From NCBI RefSeq assembly GCF_006345805.1, contig NC_043002.1, positions 10,850,001-10,914,000 of the forward strand: a stretch of 64,000 nt of DNA, read 5' to 3'. The position numbers and the translations under genes were made by a program. The number at the start of each line of letters is the position of its first letter. Position 1 is the first letter of the stretch. This document shows, piece by piece, positions 1-13,709 of the stretch. The stretch is from Octopus sinensis (Eukaryota). The notes beneath the pieces were generated by a model, which was not told the origin of the DNA, made no database searches, and saw only the letters and a list, made by a program, of their open reading frames with translations.

Positions 1-48
1 CATACATACATACATACATACATACATACATACATACATACATACATA
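1..48. repeat. (CATA)n microsatellite
   Basis: Perfect tetranucleotide tandem repeat at the window start. Confidence 0.95.
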
Positions 49-430
49 AATACTTATTGGATTATTATTGGTATTTAAGACGCGAATTTTCGCAGACTGT
101 CGAATAAGCTAAAGGGACAGGGAAAAAATCCAAGTGTACTAGAAAAGCTAAAAGTTCTGTGACAGCTGTTTCGAGAATCAAGTCAACAAAAGTTATCATT
201 CAATGCGCTCCGAGTCGCTTGTTAAGATCATCCTAACGGTAAGTAGGAAGTGTAGAATAAGGGAACATGAGGTTGACAAAAACATCTGATTACTAACGAC
301 ATTAAAAACCAGACTGGAAAGAAGAGTCTGACAGATTGTATGCAAGCAGAACCACACAGATGAAACCGGAGAATCTTGGCAAACTGATCCAGAGATGCAG
401 AAAAGGTACCTATCTTATGGTTGACAACAC

Positions 431-807
<377 letters not shown>

Positions 808-928
808 TTATATACAAATATATATAGAACTTCTTTTAAAAAAAGTTCCTACCGATAATGGTTATATTTACATACCGAAATCTACCCGTAAATAATTATA
901 GGGTTTTTTAAAAAACTATTAATTACCC

Positions 929-1322
929 TTTTACTTGTTTCAGTCATTTGACTGCGGCCATGCTGGAGCACCGCCTTTAGTCGAGCAAATAGACCCCGGG
1001 ACTTATTCTTTGTAAACCCAGTACTTATTCTACCGGTCTCTTTTGCCGAACCGCTAAGTGACGGGGACGTAAACACACCAGCATCGGTTGTCAAGCAATG
1101 CTAGGGGGACAAACACAGACACACAAACAACACATACATACATATATATATATAATAATATATACGACAGATTCTTTCATTTTCCGTCTACCAATCCACT
1201 CACAGGCATTGGTCGGCCCGGGGCTATAGCCAAAGACACTTGCCCAAGATGCCACGCAGTGGGACTGAACCCGAACCATGTGGTTGTTAGCAAGCTACTT
1301 ACCACAACAGCCCTCCTGCACC
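929..1322 (-). mobile_element. SINE type A (tRNA-like head, ~400 bp)
   Basis: Minus strand has a tRNA-like head with a B-box-like GGTTCAGTCCC and the tail GGCGGTGCTCCAGCATGGCCGCAGTCAAATGACTGAAAC. Same sequence recurs at 4155, 45337, 52720 and 61467. Confidence 0.9.
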
Positions 1323-1340
1323 TATTGTTTACCCTTATAT

Positions 1341-1417
<77 letters not shown>

Positions 1418-1436
1418 GAATGGATAGGTAGATAGG

Positions 1437-1482
<46 letters not shown>

Positions 1483-1504
1483 GTAGATAGATAGATAGAT
1501 AGAT

Positions 1505-1564
<60 letters not shown>
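1341..1564. repeat. (GATA)n microsatellite
   Basis: Long imperfect GATA run. Confidence 0.95.
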
Positions 1565-1566
<2 letters not shown>

Positions 1567-1819
1567 TTTTTTGCCATCTTAGTTCTGTTAATCCTAGTTT
1601 CCTGCCTCATACTACGACAAAACTGTAAGAATGGAACTAAAGTATATTTGCAGTCATCCAAACAGAATATACTAGTAAATATCATATCATTATAAACATT
1701 TAATTATAACTGCCCTAGACATGAAATAGTGTGTCGTGAGTCTAGTTCTCATTAGTAGAAAAACGAAAGGGGAACTTTATGCAGAGAATACATAAGTATC
1801 AGTCGATCTATCTATCTAT

Positions 1820-1862
<43 letters not shown>

Positions 1863-2289
1863 GTGTGTGTGTGTGGTGTGTGTGTGTATGCGTGTATCAT
1901 TAGGAATTGTTGAAGATAAATCAAAACATACCGACTCAATTATCAATATTTATAATGGTCTCTATCCTCAACTTTCAATCTAGTCTAGATTAGTATATAC
2001 AAAAGACAAACACTTGTACAACAATTGAGACATATAATAAGATACGCCTGATAATATTAAAAGACATCAGACCTCCCACATGACCTCAGAGAGTGGAAAA
2101 GCCATTTCCCAAAATATGAGACTGGTCCACTGGAAACAACAAATCATCTGCGTGGGTAGTCTAGCCAGCTGGTGGCATCTCATACGTCGATATTAACGGA
2201 AGAATCCACTAGTTATATGTGTGCGTGAATGTACGTGTATATGCGTGAATGTACGTGTATATGCGTGACTGTATATACATGTGTGTGTT

Positions 2290-2324
<35 letters not shown>

Positions 2325-4023
2325 GTTTCCGTTCGTCTAACGCTATTTGTTTTAACCTTGTATTTATTATTGCTCGAGTTTTTAATCTAGCAATCACAAA
2401 ATACTAGCCGGACCTGTGTAAATTCCACGCTATAAGATGCCATATTTGAAAACTTTACGTTACTATATTGAACACAAGCCAGCATATTCAAAGAAATTCT
2501 TTGATGTTCTGCCATTTAATAAGGTATTATTTACCTCTTCGTAATACGTTTGACAGAGATGATGTACTTTAAAGTTTAAAGAAATAAAGAATTGATTTAA
2601 CATTTATTATTTACAATTACGTTAAATGTCTGTCCCTATGCCTTATTTAATGCAAGAGAGTAAAAATTAAAATAATAATAACTCCAGGGACTTATGGAAA
2701 TTCTGCGATTTATACAAAGTATTCATTTCTGTTAGATGTCGTTCCGAAATGAAATGAAAGTTGAAGTCGTTTGGAGCCAGCTTCATGCGAGGAATTAGGA
2801 TGTGAAGTACTTTTAGTGTAATTGTTATTCAAGTGGGTTCAATGCAATTACTTTGGAGACTGACAGACCCTACATGTATTGTATGTTTATTTTATGAAAA
2901 ATAATCTTTTTGCATTCTTTTCTCTTTTAGCTATTGTCGTCTGTTGTCCATATTTTATAAACAAAGATTCGATTGAGCAGACGATAATTAATTGCATTGA
3001 AGAGCATGCGTTAAGTGAGGGATTTTCTTTTTAAACAGACTAAAAATATGTAAACAAACTACACTGTTCGCTGTAAAGAAAAATGATATTTCCCGTGACC
3101 ATTCTAAAGGCCTCTATGACTTGTAGGAGGAAGGAAGTTATCTGCAGACCCAAAATTTGGGTCGAGTGCATGCTGTGGTACAGACTCATTTGAAGACACC
3201 CAAAGTTCTACTGGGCTGATAGACTGGGTGACGGGTTACTTCTGAAAAGTTTCCAGTTAGTTTCCGACTATCGAATTCCAATTACAGGCTGTGGTCAACC
3301 TGACGCTTTGGAAGAAGACAGTTACCAAAAGTAACGCACAATAAAATGGAACATAAAGAACTTTTTAATCACAAAGTTTTGCCTATGATTAGGTCAAGAA
3401 TGCTAAAAGTCCTGAGTCTGTACTTACCAGAAGAATTTTATCAAACGAAATCATATCTGAAGTTATCAATCCTATTATTATATATATTTTTAATAATTCT
3501 TCAAAAAGTACGGATTAAATATACACTCAGTTTCTTAACTGTATAAGTACTGGTACTTTGCTATTAATTGGCCAGCCGTAAAACTTTTTAAATTTATGCA
3601 AATAAGTTTGTGCACACTCGATACACATTTGTTTACATTTAATACACACACTTAATATATACCTTTAATCTAGTAACATCGGCATTTTGGAAGAAGGATA
3701 AAAGGAAAAATCGTAGACAAGTGATAAATAACAATAAAACATCGTTATGCAGATCCCCTTACAAACTGCCAAAGATGACTTCGCGAACCGAATTACAAAA
3801 TTAAGGGGCATGATTGTCTTGTTAAAAAGCTTGCGCGATATCACACGACTTTTGCTTCAGTCCCACAGCGCGACGCTTTGGTGAAGTATCTTCAACTATA
3901 GCCAAACATCGACCAAGGTGAATGAATTTGTTACTTAGAAACTGAAGGAACTTCGTTCAGATATATGTGTGTGTATACGTGTATACATACATACATACAT
4001 ACATACATACATACATACATACA

Positions 4024-4057
<34 letters not shown>

Positions 4058-4083
4058 CATATATATATATATTTATATATCTA

Positions 4084-4114
<31 letters not shown>

Positions 4115-4154
4115 ATCCTATCTATCTATCTATCTATCTATCTTATCTTTTATC

Positions 4155-4549
4155 TTTTACTGTTTCAGTCATTTGGCTGCGGCCATGCTGGAGCACCGCC
4201 TTTATCGAGCAAATCGACCCCGGACTTATTCTTTGTAAGCCCAGTACTTATTTATTCTAATCGGCTCTTTTGCCGAACCGCTAAGTGACGGGACGTACAA
4301 CACACCAGCATCGGTTGTCAAGCAATGCTAGGGAGACAACACGCAAACACACACACATACACACACACTATATATATATTACTATATACGACAGGCTTCT
4401 TTCAGTTTCCGTCTACCAAATCCACTCACAAGCATGGTCGGGCCGGGGCTATAGCAGAAGACACTTGCCCAAGATGCCACGCAGTGGGACTGAACCCGGA
4501 GCCATGTGGTTGGTTAGCAAGCTACTTACCACACAGCCACTCCTGCGCC
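4155..4549 (-). mobile_element. SINE type A
   Basis: Near-identical to 929-1322. Confidence 0.9.
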
Positions 4550-4550
4550 T

Positions 4551-4583
<33 letters not shown>

Positions 4584-4833
4584 TTATATATATATTATAT
4601 ATATTGATTATATATAATGAGATTCAGTTGAATTGGGTACTTACGTTGAAGCGCTAAGTCAGTCCGGTATTATTCGCACAGCTCGAAGTAAATAAAATCA
4701 AAATAAGCAACAATATTTCAAATTGACGTAATGATTGCATTGTTCAATTAAATGGAACCGCTTGAAACGGTCGTACTGCACCACTTCTTGATATCCTGCT
4801 GCTTATTTTGATTATACATACATACACACACAC

Positions 4834-4895
<62 letters not shown>

Positions 4896-5959
4896 TGTAT
4901 GTATGTATGTATGTATGTATGCATGTATGTACTCTGTATATGTGTGTGTATATGTATATATACGTATGATTGTATGTATGCATGTATGAGTGTATGAATA
5001 AGTTGTGTGTGTGAGTTTGTCTCTGTTTTATTGTGTATCTATTTACAGCCCTTTAGTATTATCTGATCCAATCTTCGTAATGTGTATATTCTTAATAAAA
5101 ATTAAGCTCTGCTATGGATAATCGATTTTAACGGATTTGTAAATTACTACGAAATTTCAAATTATTTATTTCTCATTTAATACTAACTTAACTCTGATCG
5201 CTTAATTTTGGGCATCTTAAATATTTATTTAAGATTTTTACAACGAAAAGCTTTCCATATTTTAAATAAAACTATAGTACCATTTCTCATAACAGATAAT
5301 ATAAACTCCACATAGGTCTTCATGCAAATAATCATTAGATGATTAAATACTATTATTAATGGCCAACTGTTGTCTTACGATACATTTAATTGTGAACATT
5401 AACATTTTGCTTATTTTGTCTTCTATCAGCGATAAATGGAGTTGATTAATTTAAATTTTAAATTAATTCTATCGTTTTAATCAGCCTGTACTTGCTGAAT
5501 ACATAAAGGGATTTTGGTAATGCCCTTTATTAAAGATTAATCCCCTTTCTATTTAGCCGCACTTGGTTTTCACCTAATTAAAGTCTTGTTCTACTCCCCT
5601 CTAAAATGTACGCCCCACTTCACTATCTAAAGTGCCTCATTCACTTTCGTGATCAATAATGGTTCCTCCTTTGCTGTCATTTTTTCTCTTTAACTATTTA
5701 AATTCAAATGATTATAACATGATTATTCACATCTCCCGAAAAGTGCCTTCCAGCAATCAATCGCATTATAACACCGTAATACAGCATCTCCAGCACGCGA
5801 TCGTGAGAAGAAAACAAATTTGAGAAAAAGGCCAAACTTGCTATCTTCAAGTCATGTGAAGATAGCAAGTTTCACTTATCACTCTTAGCCAGGAATATTG
5901 CAGTTCCTCCAAAGAATCTCTGAAGTGATATTAGTTGACAAGGTGCGTAGCTCGGAGAT

Positions 5960-6240
5960 CAGTGAATGTTTCGAAGTCAAGCCATAACTACTCTGCATTG
6001 AGACGATGCAGTCTTGTACTACGGACATGTGGTCAGAATGTCACCTGAAAGAATCACAAGACGGATTTTTCAAGACGGGCCAACCGGCAGGGGTACTAGA
6101 GGTGGACCAAGAAAAATACGGCTGGGCAATTTCCATTGTCTCCGTTGCTCACGATTGAAAATCCAACCAAGAAGTCTCACGATAGGTGCTTCTAGCAGGG
6201 CCCTAGGTAAAAGGAACCTCAAGTTCCTACAGTCGTGACC
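5960..6240 (+). mobile_element. RTE-clade LINE 3' fragment
   Basis: Frame reads ..YGHVVRMSPERITRRIF..GRGTRGGPRK.., matching the RTE post-RT motif LRWxGHVxRM...RxRGRPRK. Confidence 0.7.
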
Positions 6241-6339
6241 CTCTCGAGAATACTGGGAAAAGATGTGAGGATGGATAACTATTGTATGTGTGACTGTAAG
6301 TGTGTCTATGTGTGCGTATGTATGCTATATATATATATT

Positions 6340-6577
6340 CTTTAGTGCCCACAAGGGGCTAAACATAAGGGACCAAACAGGACAGACAAGGGATTAATTC
6401 GATTACAAAACGACCCAGTGCGAAACTGTACTCAATTTATCGACCCCCCCGAAAGGATGAAAGGCAAAGTCGACCTCGGCGGAATTCGAAACTCAGAAAC
6501 GTGCGGCAGACGAAATACCGCTAAGCGTTTTACTCAAACCCGACGTGCTAACGATTCTGCCAGCCTCACCAGCCTTA
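6340..6577 (-). mobile_element. SINE type B (~235 bp)
   Basis: Reverse complement of GGCGAGCTGGCAGAA...GAGTTCAAATTCCGCCGAGGTCGACTTTGCCTTTCATCCTTTCGGGGTCGATAAA...AAAGAA. Many copies in the window. Confidence 0.9.
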
Positions 6578-6579
6578 TG

Positions 6580-6621
<42 letters not shown>

Positions 6622-6994
6622 ATCACGTGACCGACCAGATATCAGATGTTGCTACTCATCGCTGGTCACAATGCGTTTCGCATTGTTTTAGCTTTCAAAT
6701 GACGCCACCCCGCTGGCTAAGCGAGCAGGCCAATATATATATATATACATAGTATGAATGAAAATTGCAGAAAACAAAACTGGCATTTAAGTTTTATAAA
6801 ACATAAACTTGTTTCTTTCTCTTTTCTGTAAATCAAGAGAAAGATTACGCATGTCGTTTGTTTTCAAATTGCAGAATCTTATCTATTTACCTGTCGGTGT
6901 TTTCAGCAAAAATACAAATTATATATAAGTTAAATTCTCTCTTCTCTCATATATATTATATATATATTATATATATATATATATATGTGTGTGT

Positions 6995-7032
<38 letters not shown>

Positions 7033-7159
7033 TGGGTATGCTGTGTGTGTATGTATGTGTATATATATATGTGTTGTGTGTATGTTTGTATGTTGTATGT
7101 ATATATATGCAGAGAAAATGGGGGATAATGAATAGGTGAAAGAGAAGAATCGGAAGAAG

Positions 7160-7217
7160 CAGAAGGAGAAGGGAAAGAAGAAGAAGGAGAAGAAGAAGAA
7201 GAAGAAGAAGAAGAAGA
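7160..7217. repeat. (AAG)n microsatellite
   Basis: Tandem AAG run, the source of poly-K/F/L ORF artefacts. Confidence 0.95.
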
Positions 7218-8187
7218 AGAAGAAGAAGAAGAAGAAGCTGGAGAGTGTCATCCGGTACTGTCAGGGCGACTGTTGCCAAGATTCGTCCGATAAAATGTAT
7301 TTGACTGCACAGTTACCTTAGCGACAACTTAAAGGGAAACGGTCTATGAAAAAGATAACTAGACAATAGACTGGAGTCTAAGGATGAGAATGTTAAAGAT
7401 GTATGTTGTGGGGAGACCTATAATTTGCGAGTTTAGAGTGTTTCGGTATTAGGGGAGATGTAGAATTAGTAATAGTAAATGACGAACATACACCCAGAAA
7501 TGTACACATAGATACATTCACACGTATATAAACTCAGAGAAGTGCAGACGCACACGCGCACGCACACACAACGCGGAAACCTGCCACGCATGCGCGTACA
7601 TACATAACACTCAAATACTCTCATAGTCACCTACACACGTATACACAGACCCACACAACATACATATATACGTATCTATATACATGCATGCATACTTGCA
7701 TACTTGCATACACACACACCACACACACATACACACAACACACACACACACATATATATATAATTATATATATATATAATATATATAGATATTCTATATA
7801 TATCCATACAGACACAGATATACGTACATGCTATATACAAACATACATACATACGCACATACATAAATACAAAACACCCACCGTGCATAAATACATACAC
7901 ATGTTCATACTCACAAATAACTACATATATCTATGCGCACATACACACACACAGATATATATATACACACATGTTTATATATATACATATACGTAGACAT
8001 ATATACATAGATACGCATACATGTACATACACATACATACACATATACACATACATAAACAAACATACATACATATATACACATACATAAACAAACATGC
8101 ATACGCCTATATATATATATATATATATATATGTATACACACACAAATACACACACCCTTACATGCACCCACATATTTACCTGGATA

Positions 8188-9441
8188 TATTGGGTTGGCA
8201 ACTAAGTTCCCGCCGTTTTTATAAATTTAAATTTTTTAAAAGGTTTAATAAAAAATAACAACTAATTAACCAATAGCGTATTCACACTTGTTGTTTACAA
8301 CTTCTTTCCAACGTTCAACAAGATTTTCAATAGCTCGTTGGTAGAAATCACCCGATTTCAATTCTACATCAGTATTGAACGAAACTCCGCGTATAGCATT
8401 TGAAACAGATCGAAAGAGGTGGAAATCCATTGGTGCCAAATCAGGAGAGTACGGCGGGTGTGGCAGCACTTTCCAGCCATGCGTTTGAATGGCTTCCTTG
8501 GTCATCTTGGCGATATGAGGGCGGGTGTTGTCGTGCAGCATAACTCCATGCTGCCGATTAGGTCTTTTCGCTTGAATAGCCGCGTTGAGTCGTTCCATCT
8601 GTTGAACATAGATTTCCGCGTTGACCGTTTGGTTCCGTTGAAGCAATTCGTAATGAATAACCCTTCCAGTCCCACCATACACACAACATCGTTTTACGCG
8701 GATGAGGATCTTGTTTCACACGCGGTGTCGCTTGTTTACTGGAGCTAAGCCATTCCTTATGCTGCTTCATATTCATGTACAGGCACTATTTTTCGTCGTC
8801 AGTAGCGATTCGGTAAAGAAATCGTTGCTTGTGTCCATGAGTTGAGCAGTGACGAGCAAGCAAACTAGCGGAGATTGTGGCTCGTTGATTTTTGTTGTTG
8901 TCACTTAAAGCATGCGGAACTCATGCTCCATACTTCTGAACCTTTCTCATCGATTAAAGATGCTTCTCTATAGCAGTGTGGGAGAATTCCATTTTCTCTG
9001 CCAGTACCCTTGTCGTTTGACGAGAATTTTCGTGCAAATTTGGTTTAATCGCTCTTCATCGAACTCAACTGGACGACCAGAACGAGGAGTGTCTTTGGGG
9101 TCAAAACTTTCATTTTTGAACTTGGCATACCAATCACGAGCGATTCTTTCAGCTATGGCAGCCTCTCCATGCACAACATAAATGTCGCGAGCAGATTTTG
9201 CGGTCTTAGAACCTTGATTAAAAGTAAAAAGAAGGTGTCTAAAATGCTCGTTTTTCTTAACTTGACATTTCATTTTAATGATCAGAAAATAATCAAAAAT
9301 TAATAGAAAAATAAAAACAAAAACGATTCCAAAATAATTATAAAATAGAATTCTCGAAAAAAAAAAGATTCCAAAATTTAAAAACGCAATTAAATCCGAA
9401 ATTCTTTAAAAAACGGTGGGAACTTAGTTGCCGACCCAATA
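8188..9441 (-). mobile_element. Full-length decayed mariner (DD34D-type) DNA transposon
   Basis: TIRs TATTGGGTTGGCAACTAAGTTCCCGCCGTTTTT / AAAAACGGTGGGAACTTAGTTGCCGACCCAATA with flanking TA. Frameshifted transposase pieces: MKCQVKKNEHFRHLL..PRSGRPVEFDEE, IATDDEK, MLCVWWDWKG, LHDNTRPH, HPPYSPDLAPMDFHLF. Confidence 0.95.
8266..9273 (-). pseudogene. mariner transposase, frameshifted
   Basis: ORF-track pieces 8968-9273, 8558-8776 and 8266-8682 are consecutive parts of one mariner transposase. Confidence 0.9.
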
Positions 9442-9691
9442 TATTCGCACGCATAGAAACTGTTGATCAACAGTCTCTATATTATTGACTGTTATGAACT
9501 CTGAAACTTGTTAACATTGAAACTTTTAAATGTGTTTCTCTTAATTCATAATTCTAAATTTTTGCCTTTGATAAACAAAAAATAATGTTGAAACCAGTTT
9601 CGTATATATTTATTTTAAAACAATTACAAGTTTTCAATTTAGGTGCATTTTGCAACATGAATTTACCTACATATATATATATATATATAAT

Positions 9692-9724
<33 letters not shown>

Positions 9725-9735
<11 letters not shown>

Positions 9736-9950
9736 ATCCAAACATGAAAACACAAAGAGAAAACACAACAACGCGAGGACGTGGAAGGAGCATAGTGTTA
9801 TTGGGCGCTCGGGAAAGAAGGAAAGAAGGAGGGTTTGATGTTTCGAGCGGAGCTCTTCGTCAGAAACATAGGAAAAGGAAAGATCCAAAGAAGGGAAGAC
9901 GGAGGAAAAAATCGTCAACGGTACACACGCGGTCACATTTATATATATAT
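9725..9950 (-). mobile_element. Penelope-like terminal repeat fragment carrying a hammerhead motif
   Basis: Non-coding stretch between (TA)n tracts containing the minimal hammerhead at 9833-9867. The Penelope assignment is inferred from the hammerhead type. Confidence 0.55.
9833..9867 (-). ncRNA. Minimal type I hammerhead ribozyme motif
   Basis: Minus strand: GUUU-CUGACGA-A-GAGC(UCC)GCUC-GAA-ACAU-C-AAAC. Stem I GUUU/AAAC, stem II GAGC/GCUC, stem III ACAU (one change from the palindrome ACGU). Confidence 0.65.
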
Positions 9951-9991
9951 ACATGGTGGGGGGGTATATAAACGTAAGTGTGTTTGTGTGT

Positions 9992-10205
9992 CAGTGGGTG
10001 CTAAAAAGCTCCTGGATTTAAGGGTATCATGAAAGACATGGGTGGAGGCCCAAACTTCCGAGTTACAAGACTTAGAAAAAAAACTGAAGGACCGCTGCAA
10101 TAAGTGTGTGAATCTGTGAGGGGAATATGTTGAATAAAATCATAATTAACTGATCTTCCTGTATTTTCTTTTACCCAGAGCCAGGAACTTTTCAGCACCC
10201 CCTGG
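9992..10205 (+). mobile_element. mariner deletion derivative (MITE-like)
   Basis: Ends CAGTGGGTGCTAAAAAGCTCCTGG / CCAGGAACTTTTCAGCACCCCCTGG-TA are imperfect inverted repeats. The interior resembles a decayed mariner C-terminus. Confidence 0.65.
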
Positions 10206-11504
10206 TATGAACGGCAAAGTAAAATTTTGAAGACAACCCAAAGATTCTTCGTCACCTGAGATTCTTTAAATGGATATAAGCACACGCACGCATCGTTGAG
10301 TGTATCTACGAAGGCACATACGTAAAAAGTAATGGTATGCACGCATACACACACCCACATATATACGCATGCACAAATATCTAATTAGTAAAGATATTTA
10401 CACAAAGGATAAGTTCAAGTGAATACACCTACGTATCCTTAAACATGCACCACATTTTTACAAACACGGGGATCTCTTTTAACCTGCCATGAGCCCCATG
10501 TGGGGATCTGTGAAAAATAGTCTCAGTGCCGGTTGTTCGTTGTATTTAAAGTGAATTGCTTATGTGCATTGCATTTGCAGAGGTGTGTTTAACAGTATTT
10601 AGTAGTTAAAGTTTGTCATTATTAGCTCTGGTTAATTCTAGAGGACATTTTATATCATAAATTGCAATTTTTGAACTACAAAAATATTGTCTGTTTTGAA
10701 AAGTTTTTGTTTTTTTTTTGCATTTCCCATCTATATCATTCATCGATATTTCATACACATTTGCATTTAATACTATAGTTTCAAAAAAAAACTAAAATGT
10801 TTTTTATTGTAATTGAACAGAAAAGTAGAATTATGCTTTTTTTCAGCGATCCCTATTTCTGACTTTTCGAAAAATTTATCATAATTTCCAAAATAATTCA
10901 CATATGAAGAAAATTTAAATACAATATATTATTCTAACTCCTAAGACACCTGACAAAGCCAAAACATTATAAATAAAATAATCTGGCAGATAATGGTTTA
11001 ATCCAAAAAGACTTGTCACTTTGTTAAAAACCAGCTTGAACTCCATACCAAAAAAAAAACTTAAATAAACCTCAAAGAAAACATACGTTTGAGTAACTCA
11101 TTTATAATTATAATATAGATGTCAGTTTCCTCTAATAACGAACGTCTCTTCCGAATTCAGTGAGAAAAGGAATATGAGTAACTTCTTCGAAATTAATGTT
11201 TCTATATTCTGATTATAAATTCATATTTATATCTATGAATATCGGTGTAGTTGATTATTTTAGAAAATGTTCAAGTGATAAATCTGAGAGACTAGAATTC
11301 GCCCTCGTTAATAAACAGGTTAAGATTAATGTCTGTTGATGGAATAGTAAGATATGGCAGACATTTTTTATAGTTCAACATGTATTGTTGCTATTATTTG
11401 AATTCAAGTTATGGATTTTCATTATTTTGTGAGAAACCAGCTCTTTATTTCTAAGGAGAATTGTAATGAATAAGAAAAAATGTTGCATACAACATAGAAA
11501 ATAG

Positions 11505-11588
11505 GTAAGAAAGAAAGGAAGAAAGAAAGAAAGAAAGAAAGAGAGAAAGAAAGAAAGAAATGAAGGGAGGAAGGAAGAAGGAAAAGCA

Positions 11589-11639
<51 letters not shown>

Positions 11640-11673
11640 GATGGAAGGAAGGACGAAGGAAAAACAAACAACC

Positions 11674-11704
<31 letters not shown>

Positions 11705-11885
11705 CAAACAAACAAAGAAAGAAGGGAAGGAAGAAAGAAAGAAAGAAAGGAAGAAAGAAAGAAAGAAAGAAAGAAGAAAGAAAGAAAGAAGGAAAGAAAG
11801 AAAGAAGGGAAGGAAGAAAGAAAGAAGGGAAGGAAGAAAGAAAGAAAGAAAGAAAGAAGGGAAGAAAGAAAGAAAGAAAGAAAGA
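11505..11885. repeat. (GAAA/GGAA)n compound microsatellite
   Basis: Purine-only tandem tract. Confidence 0.95.
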
Positions 11886-12982
11886 ATGGAGGGTCGAATG
11901 AAAGCAAAGAAAAATATGGCGGAAATGAATGATGGTTATTGAATGCTGAACTGAATGGAAAATGACAAAATATAATTTCAATCTTATAATATTGAATATG
12001 TAATGGTAGACAATCTTTCAGACGGACAGAGGAAACTGATTTTGGATGAAAGCTTCAGATATCAGATTAAGTTGTAATATTTCTATGAATAACTAACCAC
12101 ACAAGGAAAGATAGAAGCTATTATATGTAATGGAAGATGGCGACGTATTATACAGATTAACGTGCAGTCGAAATAAAGAGAAGGGTACAGAAGATCAGCG
12201 GCTAGATAATGGCATCCTGTTTTAATATCCGATTGTGTTGACGTTAAACTTATATTGTTTCACATTTCTATTGTTGAATCACAATAATTTCTCTGTTATT
12301 ATTTACAATGATATAGGTTCTAGGCGGTTTTTTTCTTCATATTTATGCATTGTTTATGGCTTAGAGGATAAAAAATAGCGCCTGTATCCTGTTGCAACGC
12401 CAATGGGACTGGTCAAGTGTAACAATAGAAGTTCTTAGACGTATTCTGAGACATGAAAACTAACGCGAATGCTTGTTATTCAGTGAACTCGGCTAAAGAC
12501 ACTCACAATCCAGGAAGTGATGGCTAACACCGAGATCACTCAAAGTTAGTGCACTTGCATATGATTGCAGAATATTTCTAGAACTTTTCCCGTGATTATT
12601 CTGGCGTTCATCACCCAAGAAAATCATCCGAACGCAAATTCATGGGAGATTAGGCATCAACAATGATGTAATTTTTAAGGTTGTTTACAAGTTTTTGAGT
12701 AGAATTGTAAGAAAACATTCAGAAGAATTTTTTAAAAACTTTCTGGTTTTGAAGCAAAACAAATTTTTTTGTATGTTTGTATGTTATTCCTTGTTTTTCG
12801 CAAACAATTTTATTGAAATTCTATGAATCCATTATCTTAAAATCTTGACGTGATGGTAATAAATGGATATCATTTTCGGATTCTGTGTGTCAAAAATGTC
12901 CTTGTTCAGGTCCAGATTTTTGACAACAGAGAGCATTTTTTTTTGCCTGTGCAATTCTCTCTCTCTTTCTCATTCTCCCTTC

Positions 12983-13048
<66 letters not shown>

Positions 13049-13117
13049 ACTCTTATTTTGCAAATTATGCTCAAAACGAAGTCAATTTATTCAAGACTTG
13101 AATTCTTATTTGTTTAT

Positions 13118-13709
13118 TGCCCATAAAAGGCTAAACATAGAGGGGGCAAACAAAGACAGACAAACGGATTAAGTCGATTACCTCGACCCCAGTGCGTAAC
13201 TGGTACTTATTTAATCGATCTCGAAAGGATGAAAGGCAAAGTCGACTTCGGCGGAATTTGAACTCAGAACGTAACGGCAGACAAAATACCTATTTATTTA
13301 CTACCCACAAGGGGCTAAACACAGAGAGGACAAACAAGGACAGACAGACGGATTAAGTCGATTCTATCGACCCCAATGCGTAACTGGTACTTATTTAATC
13401 GATCCCGAAATGATGAAAGGTGAAGTCGATCTCGGCGGAATTTGAACTCAGAACGTAGCAGCAGACGAAATACCTATTTCTTTATAACCCACAAGGGGCT
13501 AAACAAAGAGGGGACAAACAAAGACAGACATAGGTATTAAGTCGATTACATCGACCCCAGTGCGTAACTGGTACTTAATTTATCGACCCCGAAAGGATGA
13601 AAGGCAAAGTCGACCTCGGCAGAATTTGAACTCAGAATGTAGCGGCGGACGAAATACTGCTAAGCATTTCGCCCAGTGTTCTAACGATTCTGCCAGCTCG
13701 CCACCTTAG
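13118..13709 (-). mobile_element. SINE type B, one head plus three tandem ~183-bp bodies
   Basis: Junction ATACCTATTT recurs near 13288 and 13471. A single head ends at 13709. Confidence 0.9.

Noticed and set aside
2931-3014. Plus-strand exon candidate (AIVVCCPYFINKDSIEQ..) and similar single candidates at 20521, 45813 and 50953
   Set aside because: These are isolated splice-like signals with no homology and no consistent gene model, and they are expected by chance.
13118-13709. Tandem ~183-bp repeats as a CRISPR-like or satellite array
   Set aside because: The units are SINE bodies with no unique spacers, in a eukaryotic context.
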